Source: Desulfovibrionaceae bacterium
Lineage (GTDB): Bacteria > Desulfobacterota > Desulfovibrionia > Desulfovibrionales > Desulfovibrionaceae
Assembly: GCA_022510785.1 (NCBI GenBank)
Contig: JAFLSV010000009.1
Coordinates: 2,973 to 66,972, forward strand
Length of the DNA stretch: 64,000 nt
Direction of reading: 5' to 3'
Position numbers and translations under genes: made by a program. Position 1 is the stretch's first letter, and each line of letters starts with the position of its first letter. This document shows positions 9,552 through 19,959 of this stretch, piece after piece. The notes under the pieces were generated by a model. The model searched no databases. It saw only the letters and a program-made list of their open reading frames with translations, and was not told the DNA's origin.

Positions 9552-11348
9552 ATGAAGCGGCTTGCCCTGTATACATTTTGGGAACACAATGGCTTTGTTC
9601 GCAACTATGTCACATTTTATCTGAACGCTCTTAAAAATATTGCCGACAAGGTTATTGTCATTGTCAATGGTTCCCTTTCGGACGATGGGGTCAGAAAGCT
9701 TCAGGAAGTCCAGGTTGATTTTTTTGCCCGGGAAAATTCCGGGCCGGATTTTTCGGGATGGAAAGCCGCATTGGAGCGTGAAGGCTGGGAGCGGGTTCGG
9801 GCCTATGATGAACTTATTCTCTGCGACAGCTCCTGCTATGGGCCTGTCTTCCCATTCACGGACGTATTCGATGCCATGGCTGAGCGGGATTGCGATTTCT
9901 GGGGACTGTACCGGCATCCGGCTTGTGGCGGCCATTCTCCCGCCTACCTTCAGTCATACTTCCTTGTTATTCGAAAAAAACTTCTTTGCAGTCAGGATTT
10001 TTTTCAGTATTGGCAGTCTGTTAAGCCTGCTCCACATTGGGATGACGCTCATTCGGAAATTCATTTCACCCAGCACTTTGAAAAGAAGGGTTTTTCTTCC
10101 CAGGCCTATGTTGAAAATTGCAAAAGTGCGGAACTTATTGAAAATGTTACAATTCCATTAGCGCATAAAATTCTGTTGGAAAATAGATTTCCTCTGATCA
10201 GGCGCAAAAGTTTTACTGAAGATTATGAATATTTTTTTGATGTTGGAAATGTTTCACAGGCTAAAGAGCTTTTGGAAATTATCAAAAAAACATCATTTCC
10301 TGTTGAATATATATATGAAGATATTCTACAAACCATGCAAGCTTCTGACATTAGAAAGATTCTTCATCATACTTTTGTTTTGAAAGATGAAGATTCAATT
10401 TCTCAAGATATACTACAAAATAAAATTGCGATTATAGTTTTCAGCTATTTTGAAGATCTTGTTGATGAAGATATTTCCTACATGCAGTCAATGCCACAAG
10501 AGTCAGATGCTTTTATTGTTGTAATTTCAGACAATCTAAAAGATATATGGGAGCAGAAAAAAAATGCTCTCCCCAATAAGACCGTATGTGTCCGCAAACA
10601 GCTTAATCGTGGAAGAAATGAAAGCGCCTATTGGCTGACGTGCAGAGATGTTATTGAATCCTATGATTTTATTTGTGTTGCTCATGATAAAAAAACGCCT
10701 TCGTCCTGGCCGCCGATTAAGGGGTATCACTTCAACAGGCATTGCTGGAAAAATATTTTAAAGTCACCAGGTTATGTGCGAGCCATTCTTGCTCTTATGG
10801 CAAGTCGCCCTGAAATAGGTATGTTTATGCCTCCGGCCCTTGTTTTTGCGGACTGGAGGAACAACACTATTAATAATGAATGGGCAGGTAATGAATGTCT
10901 TGCCAAAAATATTTATGCACGATTAAATATGCATATTCCCTTTGATGAACATCCAGATGCTCCATGGGGAACTATGTTTTGGCTTCGTGGTAAAGCAATG
11001 GCGCCATTTTATCGTTATGACTGGACGGTACAGGATTTCCCTGAAGAGCCTCTCCGTGCGGTAAATGGAACTATACTCCATGCTTTGGAACGTATGTATC
11101 CAATGATTATGCAGGAGGCTGGTTATTTTTCAGCATGGGTTATGCCTTCTTCAGAAGCTGATATACATTTAGATAATATATATCATTTGGCAAAATATTA
11201 CGGATTAATACTAAATGGTGAAAATATTAAAAATGTAAATTCGCGGCATGTAAAAAATATATTGAAATCATATATTATAAGAAAATTAAATAATGTGGCA
11301 AATAAATTAAGCATAACAAAAAATTTAAATTTTAATGGTATCTGGTGA
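9552..11348 (+). CDS. Rhamnan synthesis protein F (RgpF)-family glycosyltransferase, two-domain
   Basis: RENSGPDFSGWK, SCYGP, LQSYF in the N-domain; NRGRNE, HDKK, PWGTMFW, NGTILHALER in the C-domain. Confidence 0.85.
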   Translation: MKRLALYTFWEHNGFVRNYVTFYLNALKNIADKVIVIVNGSLSDDGVRKLQEVQVDFFARENSGPDFSGWKAALEREGWERVRAYDELILCDSSCYGPVFPFTDVFDAMAERDCDFWGLYRHPACGGHSPAYLQSYFLVIRKKLLCSQDFFQYWQSVKPAPHWDDAHSEIHFTQHFEKKGFSSQAYVENCKSAELIENVTIPLAHKILLENRFPLIRRKSFTEDYEYFFDVGNVSQAKELLEIIKKTSFPVEYIYEDILQTMQASDIRKILHHTFVLKDEDSISQDILQNKIAIIVFSYFEDLVDEDISYMQSMPQESDAFIVVISDNLKDIWEQKKNALPNKTVCVRKQLNRGRNESAYWLTCRDVIESYDFICVAHDKKTPSSWPPIKGYHFNRHCWKNILKSPGYVRAILALMASRPEIGMFMPPALVFADWRNNTINNEWAGNECLAKNIYARLNMHIPFDEHPDAPWGTMFWLRGKAMAPFYRYDWTVQDFPEEPLRAVNGTILHALERMYPMIMQEAGYFSAWVMPSSEADIHLDNIYHLAKYYGLILNGENIKNVNSRHVKNILKSYIIRKLNNVANKLSITKNLNFNGIW

Positions 11349-11412
11349 ATTTTATTGATGTTATTTATTTTGTTGAACTGACGACATAGTTTTTGGCAAA
11401 GGGAGTATAATT

Positions 11413-12270
11413 ATGCCTTTTGTTTCCATTCTTATGCCTGTCTATAATACACCCGCTCATTATTTGCGTGAAGCTATCGACAGTATGCTTGCGCAGACCT
11501 TTACAAATTTTGAATTTCTCATTCTGAATGATGCCTCCACCGATCCACAGGTAGAGGAAGTGGTAAACTCGTATTCCGACCCTCGTATCATCTATGCCGT
11601 GAATGAGCATAATCTTGGCATCGCCGGAACGCGGAACCGCTTGTTAGACATGGCTCGGGGTAACTATCTGGCGTTGATGGATCACGACGATATATCCCTC
11701 CCGCAGCGCCTGGAAAAGCAGGTTTCCTTTCTTGAGGCACACCCTGAAACAGGGGTTCTGAATACACAATTTCAGTTTATCGGGAGAGAGAAAAGATCGA
11801 ACATTCCTTTGGACGACATTTCCATCAAAATGGCACTGATGATGCACTGTGGCGATATGTGCCACCCCTCGTGCATGCTCCGGCGCTCTGTGCTGGTCGA
11901 GCATGGCATCCGCTATGAGGAGATGTTCAGTCCCTCGGAAGATCACGCGCTTTTTTGCCGTCTTCTGCCCCACACCAGGTTTGCGGCGTTACCGGACATA
12001 TTATTCCGGTATCGCGCCTGGCCGGGCAATGTATCGCATCGGCAGGCAAAGAGGATGGAGGCGGCCACACAGGGCGTGCTGGCCTTCGCGCGCCGGGACA
12101 ATCCCGAGCTGTGGGCCATGGCTCAGGTGCATCTTTGCCGTATCTGGCGCTATTATCTGTGCGGTATACCCGTATTGGCCAGGGAACGGACGCGCTGTGA
12201 GACAAAATGGAGGTTTTTCGGGCTTCCCGTATGGCGGGTGAGAGAAAGCCTGCCCCGCTGGAAGGCGTAA
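11413..12270 (+). CDS. Glycosyltransferase family 2
   Basis: VSILMPVYN, QTFTNFEFLILND, DHDD (DxD), SEDH. Confidence 0.92.
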   Translation: MPFVSILMPVYNTPAHYLREAIDSMLAQTFTNFEFLILNDASTDPQVEEVVNSYSDPRIIYAVNEHNLGIAGTRNRLLDMARGNYLALMDHDDISLPQRLEKQVSFLEAHPETGVLNTQFQFIGREKRSNIPLDDISIKMALMMHCGDMCHPSCMLRRSVLVEHGIRYEEMFSPSEDHALFCRLLPHTRFAALPDILFRYRAWPGNVSHRQAKRMEAATQGVLAFARRDNPELWAMAQVHLCRIWRYYLCGIPVLARERTRCETKWRFFGLPVWRVRESLPRWKA

Positions 12271-12282
12271 GCCAGAACCGTG

Positions 12283-13020
12283 TCACCGCGCCTGCGAGGC
12301 AATCCACTTCAGGGCTTCGGGCAGCTTCAGCGTGCCTTCATACAGGGCCCGGCCCGAAATGACCCCTTCCAGTCCGGCGGATCGGCTGAGCGGATACAGG
12401 GCCTGAATATCGGCCAGTGTGCTGACGCCCCCGGCGGCAATAACGGGTATGGGGCTTGTGCGGGCCAGACGGCTCAGGGCGCTGAGGTTGACCCCGCTCT
12501 GCATGCCGTCGCGCGCGATGTCGGTATACACCACAAAGGCCGCGCCCGCCCCGGCCAGGCGGGGGAGAACCTCGTCCACGCCAAGCCCGGCGTCTTCCAC
12601 CCAGCCCCGCGTTTTCAGGCGGCCCTTGTCCGCATCCAGTGAAACCCCGAGCCTGCCGGGGAACAGGGAGCAGAGTCTGGCAAATTCATCGGGCTGTTCC
12701 AGGGCCAGGGTGCCGATGATGAGCCTTTGCACTCCCGCGTCCAGCCAGCGGCGCACGGCCTCTTCGTCCCGCACGCCGCCCCCCAGTTGCACCGGAATAG
12801 CCAGGGTGCGGCAAATGGCGCGCACCGTGGCGGCGTTGACGCCTTCGCCCCGGAAGGCTCCGTCCAGATCCACCAGATGCAGCCACTCTGCCCCCTGTGC
12901 CTGCCAGTCCAGCGCGGCGGCCACGGGGTCTTCGGAGAACACGGTGGCCTCATCGGCCCGGCCCTGGCGCAGGCGCACAGCCTTGCCGCCCTGCAGATCC
13001 ACAGCGGGGAAAAGAATCAT
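12283..13020 (-). CDS. hisA: HisA ProFAR isomerase
   Basis: [56 protein letters not shown]. Confidence 0.97.
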   Translation of the reverse strand: MILFPAVDLQGGKAVRLRQGRADEATVFSEDPVAAALDWQAQGAEWLHLVDLDGAFRGEGVNAATVRAICRTLAIPVQLGGGVRDEEAVRRWLDAGVQRLIIGTLALEQPDEFARLCSLFPGRLGVSLDADKGRLKTRGWVEDAGLGVDEVLPRLAGAGAAFVVYTDIARDGMQSGVNLSALSRLARTSPIPVIAAGGVSTLADIQALYPLSRSAGLEGVISGRALYEGTLKLPEALKWIASQAR

Positions 13021-13655
13021 AGTCCCAGTTCCTTGATGGCCTTGTCCATGCTTTCTTCGGCCAGTTCCGCCGCGCTGACCCATTTGCCCCCGCGCTGGAA
13101 AAAGGCCTTGATGGTGAACAGATTGTCGGCCAGCGCCTGTTGCTGCACCGCGTAGTGCGAGCGCTGGAGCAGGGCGCCGTGGTCGCGCGCGTCCACCAGA
13201 AAATAGTCGATGATCACGGCCGCGGGACTGACCACCCCCGCCTCACCGCCCACGCGCTCCTGCCAGTGGATCACCTGCGGCACCAGCAGAACATCCACAT
13301 CCGCCTCTCTGGCGTGCTGTATCCAGGTGGCCAGAGCGCTGCGGCGGCCCTGCCCGTCCTCAAGCAGGGGCCCCTGCACGGCGCCGGGCGGCAAAAAGGT
13401 GTAGTCGCGGCCGGTGCGCTTCAGTTTTTCGGCCAGGGTGTCGTCCAGTTCCTGCCCTGCCCCGGTGGGAATCCTGCCCTGAGCTTCCGGCACGAAGCCC
13501 GCCAGAAGTTCCGTGGCCTGGGTGGGCTGGGTGAAGGGCGCGATGCCCACCTTCAGATCGGGCAGGGGCAGCGGGAGCGCTTCAATCTGAGACTGGCAGG
13601 CGCAGAGCAGTCCAAGCAGGAGCGCGCACAGAAAACGCGGGGTGAGAATTTTCAT
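13017..13655 (-). CDS. Lipoprotein of unknown function
   Basis: Signal peptide with lipobox LCAC; 1-bp overlap with hisB stop and 4-bp overlap with hisA start. Confidence 0.75.
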   Translation of the reverse strand: MKILTPRFLCALLLGLLCACQSQIEALPLPLPDLKVGIAPFTQPTQATELLAGFVPEAQGRIPTGAGQELDDTLAEKLKRTGRDYTFLPPGAVQGPLLEDGQGRRSALATWIQHAREADVDVLLVPQVIHWQERVGGEAGVVSPAAVIIDYFLVDARDHGALLQRSHYAVQQQALADNLFTIKAFFQRGGKWVSAAELAEESMDKAIKELGL

Positions 13656-14317
13656 CAGTCCAGACTTCCTTTGGTGCTGGGCACAGAGGCACGGGCCGAA
13701 GCACAGCTTTGACGTGTGGCCTGGGCCAGAGCCAGGCCCAGCCCCTTGGCGGCGGATTCAAGCAAATGGTGTCCGTTTTTGCCGTACTGGAAACAGATAT
13801 GAATATTGCAGCGGGCTGACGAGGCCAGGGCCTTGTAATACTCACGCCACAGGTCTTTTTCCTCGCCCGCCAGAAGCGGGGGCAAGAGCTCGTCGCCCCG
13901 CCACTCCAGCCAGGGCCGGCCCGAAAGATCCACGGCCACGTCGGCCAGGGCCTCATCCATGGGCACCCGGGCCCATCCTGCCCGGGCCAGTCCCTGACGG
14001 TCGCCCACAGCCTCGCGCAGGGCGCGTCCGAGCGTCAGGCCCACATCTTCCGCCGTGTGATGGGCGTCGATGTGCAGATCGCCCTGGCAGTTCAGGGTCA
14101 GGTCAAAATTCGCCCAGAAGGCGGTCAGGGTGAGCATGTGATCCAGCAGCCCGAAACCCGTATGCACCGAAACCTGGCCGGAGCCGTCCAGGCAGAGGTT
14201 TAAACGGATGTCGGTCTCGGCTGTGCTGCGTTCGGCGCGGGCCGCGCGTCCCCTGAAGCCGGATGGAGCGGCTTCATGCGGGGCGTTCCGGTGGGCGTCA
14301 ACCTTTTTCATGGGCAT
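13655..14317 (-). CDS. hisB: Imidazoleglycerol-phosphate dehydratase
   Basis: [45 protein letters not shown]; start at 14317 behind GGAAAGGA. Confidence 0.96.
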   Translation of the reverse strand: MPMKKVDAHRNAPHEAAPSGFRGRAARAERSTAETDIRLNLCLDGSGQVSVHTGFGLLDHMLTLTAFWANFDLTLNCQGDLHIDAHHTAEDVGLTLGRALREAVGDRQGLARAGWARVPMDEALADVAVDLSGRPWLEWRGDELLPPLLAGEEKDLWREYYKALASSARCNIHICFQYGKNGHHLLESAAKGLGLALAQATRQSCASARASVPSTKGSLD

Positions 14318-15527
14318 TGTCCTTTCCTGCGTCGGCATGGCGGGCCGCTTCCCGCGCGTCACGGCGTTTCCGGGCCAGGGCCGCCACAAAGACGCTGACT
14401 TCATACAACAGCAGCATGGGAGCGGCCATAAGGCATTGCGAGAACACGTCGGGCGGGGTCAGAACGGCCGCGACAATAAAGATGAGCAGAATGGCATACT
14501 TGCGCTGGCGGCGCATCATGTCGGGGCTGAGCACGCCCAGCTTTGCCAGAAAGTGGGCGAAAAGAGGCATTTCAAACACCAGCCCGAAGGCGATGAGGAG
14601 CTTCAGCGCGAAACTCAGGTATTCCTCCACGGAAATCATGGGCACGATGACGTCGGTGGTGAAGCCCATGAAGAACCGGAAGGCCAGGGGAAAGACCAGA
14701 AAATAGCAGAACGAGGCCCCGGCCAGGAAGAAGAAGGCGGAAAAGAAGGCCAGGGGCGCGATGGCCTGTTTTTCTTCCCGGTACAGGCCGGGCGCGATAA
14801 AGGCCCATATCTGGTAAAAGCTGAAGGGGCTGGTGACAAAAATGGAGCTGACCAGAGCCACCTTGAGGTACACGAAAAACGCGCCCTGGGGCGAGGTATA
14901 GATGAGCTTGCTGCCTGTGGGCAGGGCGGTCGTGAGCGGTTCGGACAGCCAGGCGTACACGGGTTCGGCCACGCCGTAGCAGGCGATGAAGCCGAGGAGC
15001 ACCATGATGACCATGCGCGCCAGACGCCGGCGCATTTCGTTGAGGTGGCCCATGAGAGTCATGGGCTCTTCCCCGTCGTCGGGGTTCCCCGGGGGCGGCG
15101 CGGGCTGGCCCTCGTCCTGTGCCCGGGCCTGAGCCGGGGGCAGGGGCCGGTCATCGCCGCCGGCTTGGGCCGCCGGGCGGGCAGAGCCGGGTGGGGCTGC
15201 CGGAGACGGAGCGGCCGGCGCCGCGGGCGCTGAGGGCAGGGGCAGCTCTTCCTCATCGTCCGGATAGTCCGGATCGTCGGAAGCGTCAGGGTGGTTCCCG
15301 GCGCCGGAATTGCCGGAGCTGTCCGGGGCGCCGGGGGAAGGCCCGCCAGGCTGCCCGCCGGGAGCGTCCGGAACGCCGGAAGCGCCGGGAGCGTCCGGGC
15401 CGTCGTCTTCCCAGAGTTTCATGGTTCCCGGGGCGTCCCAGGCGGCTCCGCCGGCAGAGCTCCGGGCGCCTTGGGCTGTCCCGTCCGTCCGGGTTTCCGC
15501 GGGGTCGGGCGCGCGTTCCGGGCTCAT
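14298..15527 (-). CDS. tatC: Twin-arginine translocase TatC with long N-terminal low-complexity extension
   Basis: [49 protein letters not shown]. Confidence 0.95.
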   Translation of the reverse strand: MSPERAPDPAETRTDGTAQGARSSAGGAAWDAPGTMKLWEDDGPDAPGASGVPDAPGGQPGGPSPGAPDSSGNSGAGNHPDASDDPDYPDDEEELPLPSAPAAPAAPSPAAPPGSARPAAQAGGDDRPLPPAQARAQDEGQPAPPPGNPDDGEEPMTLMGHLNEMRRRLARMVIMVLLGFIACYGVAEPVYAWLSEPLTTALPTGSKLIYTSPQGAFFVYLKVALVSSIFVTSPFSFYQIWAFIAPGLYREEKQAIAPLAFFSAFFFLAGASFCYFLVFPLAFRFFMGFTTDVIVPMISVEEYLSFALKLLIAFGLVFEMPLFAHFLAKLGVLSPDMMRRQRKYAILLIFIVAAVLTPPDVFSQCLMAAPMLLLYEVSVFVAALARKRRDAREAARHADAGKDNAHEKG

Positions 15528-15937
15528 GCCTTTTCCCCGGGGGCGGCGCTGTTGACCCGCGCGCCGGAAGCGGCTGCGGGAGGCGTGGCATCAGGCCCAG
15601 GCCCGGGCGCGGCCGCCTCCGTCGTCATGGCCCGGCCGCTGACCGGGGAATGGCCCGGGGCGGGGCCGGAGCCCGCTGTGTCCTGCGCGGCGGCTTCCTG
15701 TCCGGCGGCGTCCTGTCCGGCGCGGGCGGCTTCGGCCTTCTTTTTTGCCTCTTCCTCGGCCTTTTCCTCAAAGGCGATTTCCGTGTTCAGAGTGCGCTGA
15801 AATTCCGTGGATGCCTTGCGGAACTCGCCCATGGCCCGGCCCAGGCTCTGCGCCACCCTGGACAGGCTTTTGGGCCCCAGCACCAGAAGCGCCACCACCA
15901 GAATGAGCAGTAATTCCGTGCTTCCTATCCCGAACAT
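15524..15937 (-). CDS. tatB: Tat translocase TatA/TatB-family subunit (TatB-like)
   Basis: MFGIGSTELLLILVVALLVLGP, amphipathic helix, disordered tail; directly upstream of tatC. Confidence 0.85.
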   Translation of the reverse strand: MFGIGSTELLLILVVALLVLGPKSLSRVAQSLGRAMGEFRKASTEFQRTLNTEIAFEEKAEEEAKKKAEAARAGQDAAGQEAAAQDTAGSGPAPGHSPVSGRAMTTEAAAPGPGPDATPPAAASGARVNSAAPGEKA

Positions 15938-15946
15938 AGTCCGCCC

Positions 15947-17500
15947 TTATTCCCATTCAATGGTGCTGGGCGGCTTGGACGAAATATCGTAGACCACCCG
16001 GTTGATGCCCCTGACTTCATTAATGATACGACCGGACATGCGCGCGAGCAAGTCCGCGGGCAGCCGGGCCCAGTCGGCGGTCATGGCGTCCAGGCTTTCC
16101 ACAATGCGCAGGGCGATGACGTGCTCATAGGTGCGGTCATCGCCCATGACGCCCACGGTCTTCAGGGGCAGCAGCACGGCAAAGCCCTGCCATACCTTGC
16201 GGTACCAGCCCGAAGCGCGCAATTCCTCCTGGACGATAACGTCGGCCCTGCGCAGGATGTCCAGCCGTTCCGGCGTGATTTCGCCCACCACGCGGATGGC
16301 CAGGCCGGGCCCGGGGAAGGGATGCCGCCACAGGATGGATTCGGGAATACCCAGCTCGGCCCCCACCGCGCGCACCTCATCCTTAAAGAGTTCGCGCAGG
16401 GGCTCGATGAGCTTCATGTTCATGGTTTCGGGCAGCCCCCCCACATTGTGGTGACTCTTGATCACCGCGCTGGGGCCCTTGTGTGACACGGATTCGATGA
16501 CATCCGGGTACAGGGTGCCCTGGGCCAGCCATTCCACCCTGGCTCCCTGCTCCTTGATGGCCGAGGCTTCGCGCTCGAACACCTCAATGAAGGTATGGCC
16601 GATGATTTTGCGCTTGCGCTCCGGATCCTCCACCCCGGCCAGCCGCGAGAGGAACAGGTCTCCGGCCCGCGCATGGATGAGGTTGAGGTCAAAATGCTCA
16701 CGCAGGAAGCCGGTCACCTCGTCGCCTTCTCCCTGGCGCAGCAGGCCGTTGTCCACAAAGATGCAGTGCAGGCGATGGCCGATGGCCTTGTGCAGCAGCA
16801 CCGCCACCACCGTGGAATCCACTCCGCCGGACAGGGCGCAGATGACATGCCCGTCCCCGACGGCGGCGGCCGATTCTTTGATCACCCGTTCCGCGAAGGA
16901 TGACATGGACCAGTCCGGCGTGATGCGCGCCACCCTGAACAGGAAATTGCGCAGCATGGTCTGGCCCGCCGCGGTGTGCGAGACTTCGGGGTGAAATTGC
17001 AGGGCGTAGAGGCGGCGCGTCTCGTCCATCATGGCGGCCACCTCCAGGCTGGAGGTGCGGCCGATGACGGTAAAGCCCGGGGGCGGCGTCTTCACCTTGT
17101 CCCCGTGGGACATCCATACCCGGGTGCTGCCGTTCGGGCTGTCCACGCCCTCCCACAGAGGGCTGGGCGCGACGCAGGTCAAGTCCGCCGGGCCGTATTC
17201 GCGGGTTTCGGACTGGGCCAGCCCGCCGCCCAGGTTCAGGGCCATGAGCTGCATGCCGTAGCAGATGCCCAGAACCGGCACGCCCAGTTCCAGCAGCCCC
17301 CTGTCCAGGGCGGGGGCGTCCCTGGACACCACGCTGGCCGGCCCGCCCGAAAGAATAAGGGCGTCAGGCTTCAGGGCGGCCACCTGAGCCGCCGAAATCA
17401 CGCAGGGGTGAATTTCCGAGTACACACCGGCCTCGCGCACCCGGCGGGCGATGAGCTGCGTCACCTGCGACCCGTAATCAATGATGATGACTTTGGACAT
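15947..17500 (-). CDS. guaA: GMP synthase (glutamine-hydrolysing)
   Basis: [47 protein letters not shown]. Confidence 0.99.
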   Translation of the reverse strand: MSKVIIIDYGSQVTQLIARRVREAGVYSEIHPCVISAAQVAALKPDALILSGGPASVVSRDAPALDRGLLELGVPVLGICYGMQLMALNLGGGLAQSETREYGPADLTCVAPSPLWEGVDSPNGSTRVWMSHGDKVKTPPPGFTVIGRTSSLEVAAMMDETRRLYALQFHPEVSHTAAGQTMLRNFLFRVARITPDWSMSSFAERVIKESAAAVGDGHVICALSGGVDSTVVAVLLHKAIGHRLHCIFVDNGLLRQGEGDEVTGFLREHFDLNLIHARAGDLFLSRLAGVEDPERKRKIIGHTFIEVFEREASAIKEQGARVEWLAQGTLYPDVIESVSHKGPSAVIKSHHNVGGLPETMNMKLIEPLRELFKDEVRAVGAELGIPESILWRHPFPGPGLAIRVVGEITPERLDILRRADVIVQEELRASGWYRKVWQGFAVLLPLKTVGVMGDDRTYEHVIALRIVESLDAMTADWARLPADLLARMSGRIINEVRGINRVVYDISSKPPSTIEWE

Positions 17501-17535
17501 GGTCTCTCCGGCGGGGCGCGCCCCTGGTGTCAGCT

Positions 17536-18993
17536 TTAGTTTTCGATGCGGTAGTTGGGGGCTTCCTTGGTGATAATCACGTCATGCACATGGCTTTCGC
17601 GCAGTCCCGCGGAGGAAATTTCCACCATGCGGGCCTTCGTGTACAAAGCTTCCAGGCTGGGCGCGCCCAGGTAGCCCATGCCCGCGCGCAGGCCGCCCAC
17701 AATCTGGTAAATGGTTTCGGACACAGGCCCGCGCGAGGGAACCCGGCCCACAATGCCCTCGGGCACCAGCTTCTTGCTTTTTTCCTGGAAGTAGCGATCC
17801 GAGCTGCCCTCCTTCATGGCGTCGATGGAGCCCATGCCCCGGTAGATTTTATAGGTGCGGCCCTGGTACAGGATGGTTTCGCCGGGGCTTTCGTCCGTGC
17901 CGGCCAGAAGGCTGCCGAGCATGACGGTGTGGGCGCCGGCGGCCAGGGCCTTGACCACGTCTCCCGAGAACTTGATGCCTCCGTCGGCGATGAGGCAGCG
18001 GTCGGCCTCGCGCGCGGCGCGGGTGGCTTCCATGACGGCGCTGATCTGGGGCACGCCCACACCGGCCACCACGCGGGTGGTGCAGATGGAACCCGGGCCG
18101 ATGCCCACCTTCACGGTATCCACGCCGGCCTTGATCAGTGCCCTGGCGCCCTCATAGGTGGCCACATTGCCCGCGATAAGCTGGCACTTGGGGAAGGCCC
18201 CGCGCACTCTTTCCACGGCCCGCAGAATATTGGCCGAATGCCCGTGGGCCGAGTCCAGAACCAGCACATCGACGCCGGCGGCCAAAAGTTCGGAGGCGCG
18301 CTCCTCGCAGTCCCTGCCCACCCCGATGGCCGCGCCCACGCGCAGGCGGCCCTTGTCGTCCTTGCAGGCGGCCGGGTACTTCTGCACCTTGTCAATGTCC
18401 TTCATGGTGATAAGGCCCTTGAGCTGACGGTTTTCGTCAACCACAAGGAGCTTTTCGATGCGGTGGGCGTGCAGATGCTCCTTGGCTTCCTCAAGGGTGG
18501 TGCCAAGCGGCACGGTGACCAGGTCGTCGCGGGTCATGACCTCGCACACCAGGGTGGCTTCGGGGTCCTGCACAAAGCGCACGTCGCGGTTGGTGAGAAT
18601 GCCCACCAGGGCCGCATTCCTGACCACGGGCAGGCCCGATACCCGAAACTCGCTCATGAGGCTCAGCGCGTGGCGCACCGTGTCTTCCGGGGCCACGGTG
18701 ACCGGGTCGAGGATCATGCCGCTTTCGGATTTTTTGACCTTTTCCACTTCCAGACGCTGGCGGGCCACATCCATATTTTTATGGATGATGCCGATGCCGC
18801 CCTGACGGGCCATGGAAATGGCCATGGCCGATTCGGTCACGGTATCCATGGCGGCGGAAAGCAGGGGAATGGGCAACTTGATGGTGGGCGTCAGCCAGGC
18901 CGACACATCGACCATATCCGGGGTAACCTCCGAATAATCCGGAACCAGCAGGACGTCGTCGAACGTCAGACCTTTCGCAAGCAGGGTGGCCAT
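17536..18993 (-). CDS. guaB: IMP dehydrogenase
   Basis: [20 protein letters not shown] pair, [23 protein letters not shown]. Confidence 0.99.
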   Translation of the reverse strand: MATLLAKGLTFDDVLLVPDYSEVTPDMVDVSAWLTPTIKLPIPLLSAAMDTVTESAMAISMARQGGIGIIHKNMDVARQRLEVEKVKKSESGMILDPVTVAPEDTVRHALSLMSEFRVSGLPVVRNAALVGILTNRDVRFVQDPEATLVCEVMTRDDLVTVPLGTTLEEAKEHLHAHRIEKLLVVDENRQLKGLITMKDIDKVQKYPAACKDDKGRLRVGAAIGVGRDCEERASELLAAGVDVLVLDSAHGHSANILRAVERVRGAFPKCQLIAGNVATYEGARALIKAGVDTVKVGIGPGSICTTRVVAGVGVPQISAVMEATRAAREADRCLIADGGIKFSGDVVKALAAGAHTVMLGSLLAGTDESPGETILYQGRTYKIYRGMGSIDAMKEGSSDRYFQEKSKKLVPEGIVGRVPSRGPVSETIYQIVGGLRAGMGYLGAPSLEALYTKARMVEISSAGLRESHVHDVIITKEAPNYRIEN

Positions 18994-19036
18994 GCCTTCC
19001 TCCAGGGGGGATGCGGTGCGCGAAAAATAAATGTGA

Positions 19037-19066
19037 AGAATACGCCGCCCGGGGCTGTGCTGTCAA
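19037..19066 (-). promoter_or_regulatory. Putative sigma70 promoter of the guaB operon
   Basis: Minus strand TTGACA-N18-TATTCT, ending 44 bp upstream of the guaB ATG. Confidence 0.6.
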
Positions 19067-19513
19067 TCGCATCGTTTGCCTGATCAGGGCTGTCATATCG
19101 CCTTTTGTCAAAGGCGGAACACTCCCCGAAAGGCAAGTCTGTGGCCTTGATTCTCTTTTAATACGAAATTTGTATACATACCGCGTCTTAAGCCAAAAAT
19201 GAAACATGCCGCATGGCCGGCATGCAAACGTGCCAGGGCGTATATATCTACAGGCTCCCAAGGCATTTTCAGGAAAAAATGATTATAATATATTTAAATT
19301 TTGTATAATATTTTTGATACACTGCTTTTTGTGTAAATAATTTTTCAGAAAATTGATTTGTCTATATAAATTTAACAAGATACCAAGAAATAAATAATTG
19401 TTGGTTATTGAATCAGAAATGCTTTTTATGCTGTTCTTAATGCCAGGAATATTTGCTTTTTAATGAATTATTTTTTGTAAGCCATACCCTGTTGTGATTT
19501 TTTGACAGACGTA

Positions 19514-19850
19514 ATGTCGATTCTGTGCAGTCAGGATGGGATAAAAAATAAAATAAGCTGGCAAATTATGAGGCTATTTTTTATGGAATATTCAGGACAA
19601 ACTGTCATTTTAAGGAGACATTCACTTTTTGATGATTTCAAGAAAAATTTTCTTTGAATTTCAAAGAGTTGAAAAGTTATCTTCATGGATATGGTGAATG
19701 TTTCATTTTAAGGATGCTCTTGCCAATTTCAGGGCTTTTGGCTATGAAAAAATCATCGACATTACGTCTGTCGATGATTTTTTGCTTTCCTGCGGGAAGG
19801 CAACCATCGGTTATACGGGGGTGAATCACCTGAATTTATTGAAAATATAA
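19514..19850 (+). pseudogene. Possible eroded AT-rich ORF
   Basis: Short protein-like fragments in different frames (MSILC..KKNFL*, LNFKELKSYLHGYGECF, HFKDALANFRAFGYEKIIDITSVDDFLLSCG..LLKI*); family not recognised. Confidence 0.25.
19747..19783. repeat. Perfect 15-bp inverted repeat (possible bidirectional terminator)
   Basis: AAAAAATCATCGACA-ttacgtc-TGTCGATGATTTTTT. Confidence 0.75.
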
Positions 19851-19959
19851 GTCCGGCAAACTCCTGATCAGCGTTTTTTGGGATTCGCGCTGCCGCAAGA
19901 CGGGCAGTGCGGACAAAAAGCTGGCAATTGTCTGTGGGATAGAAAAAAGGAGGCTTGGG

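Noticed and set aside
15937-15960. guaA 3' end as a genomic-island integration site
   Set aside because: tatB follows after 9 bp; there is no integrase or duplicated att sequence.
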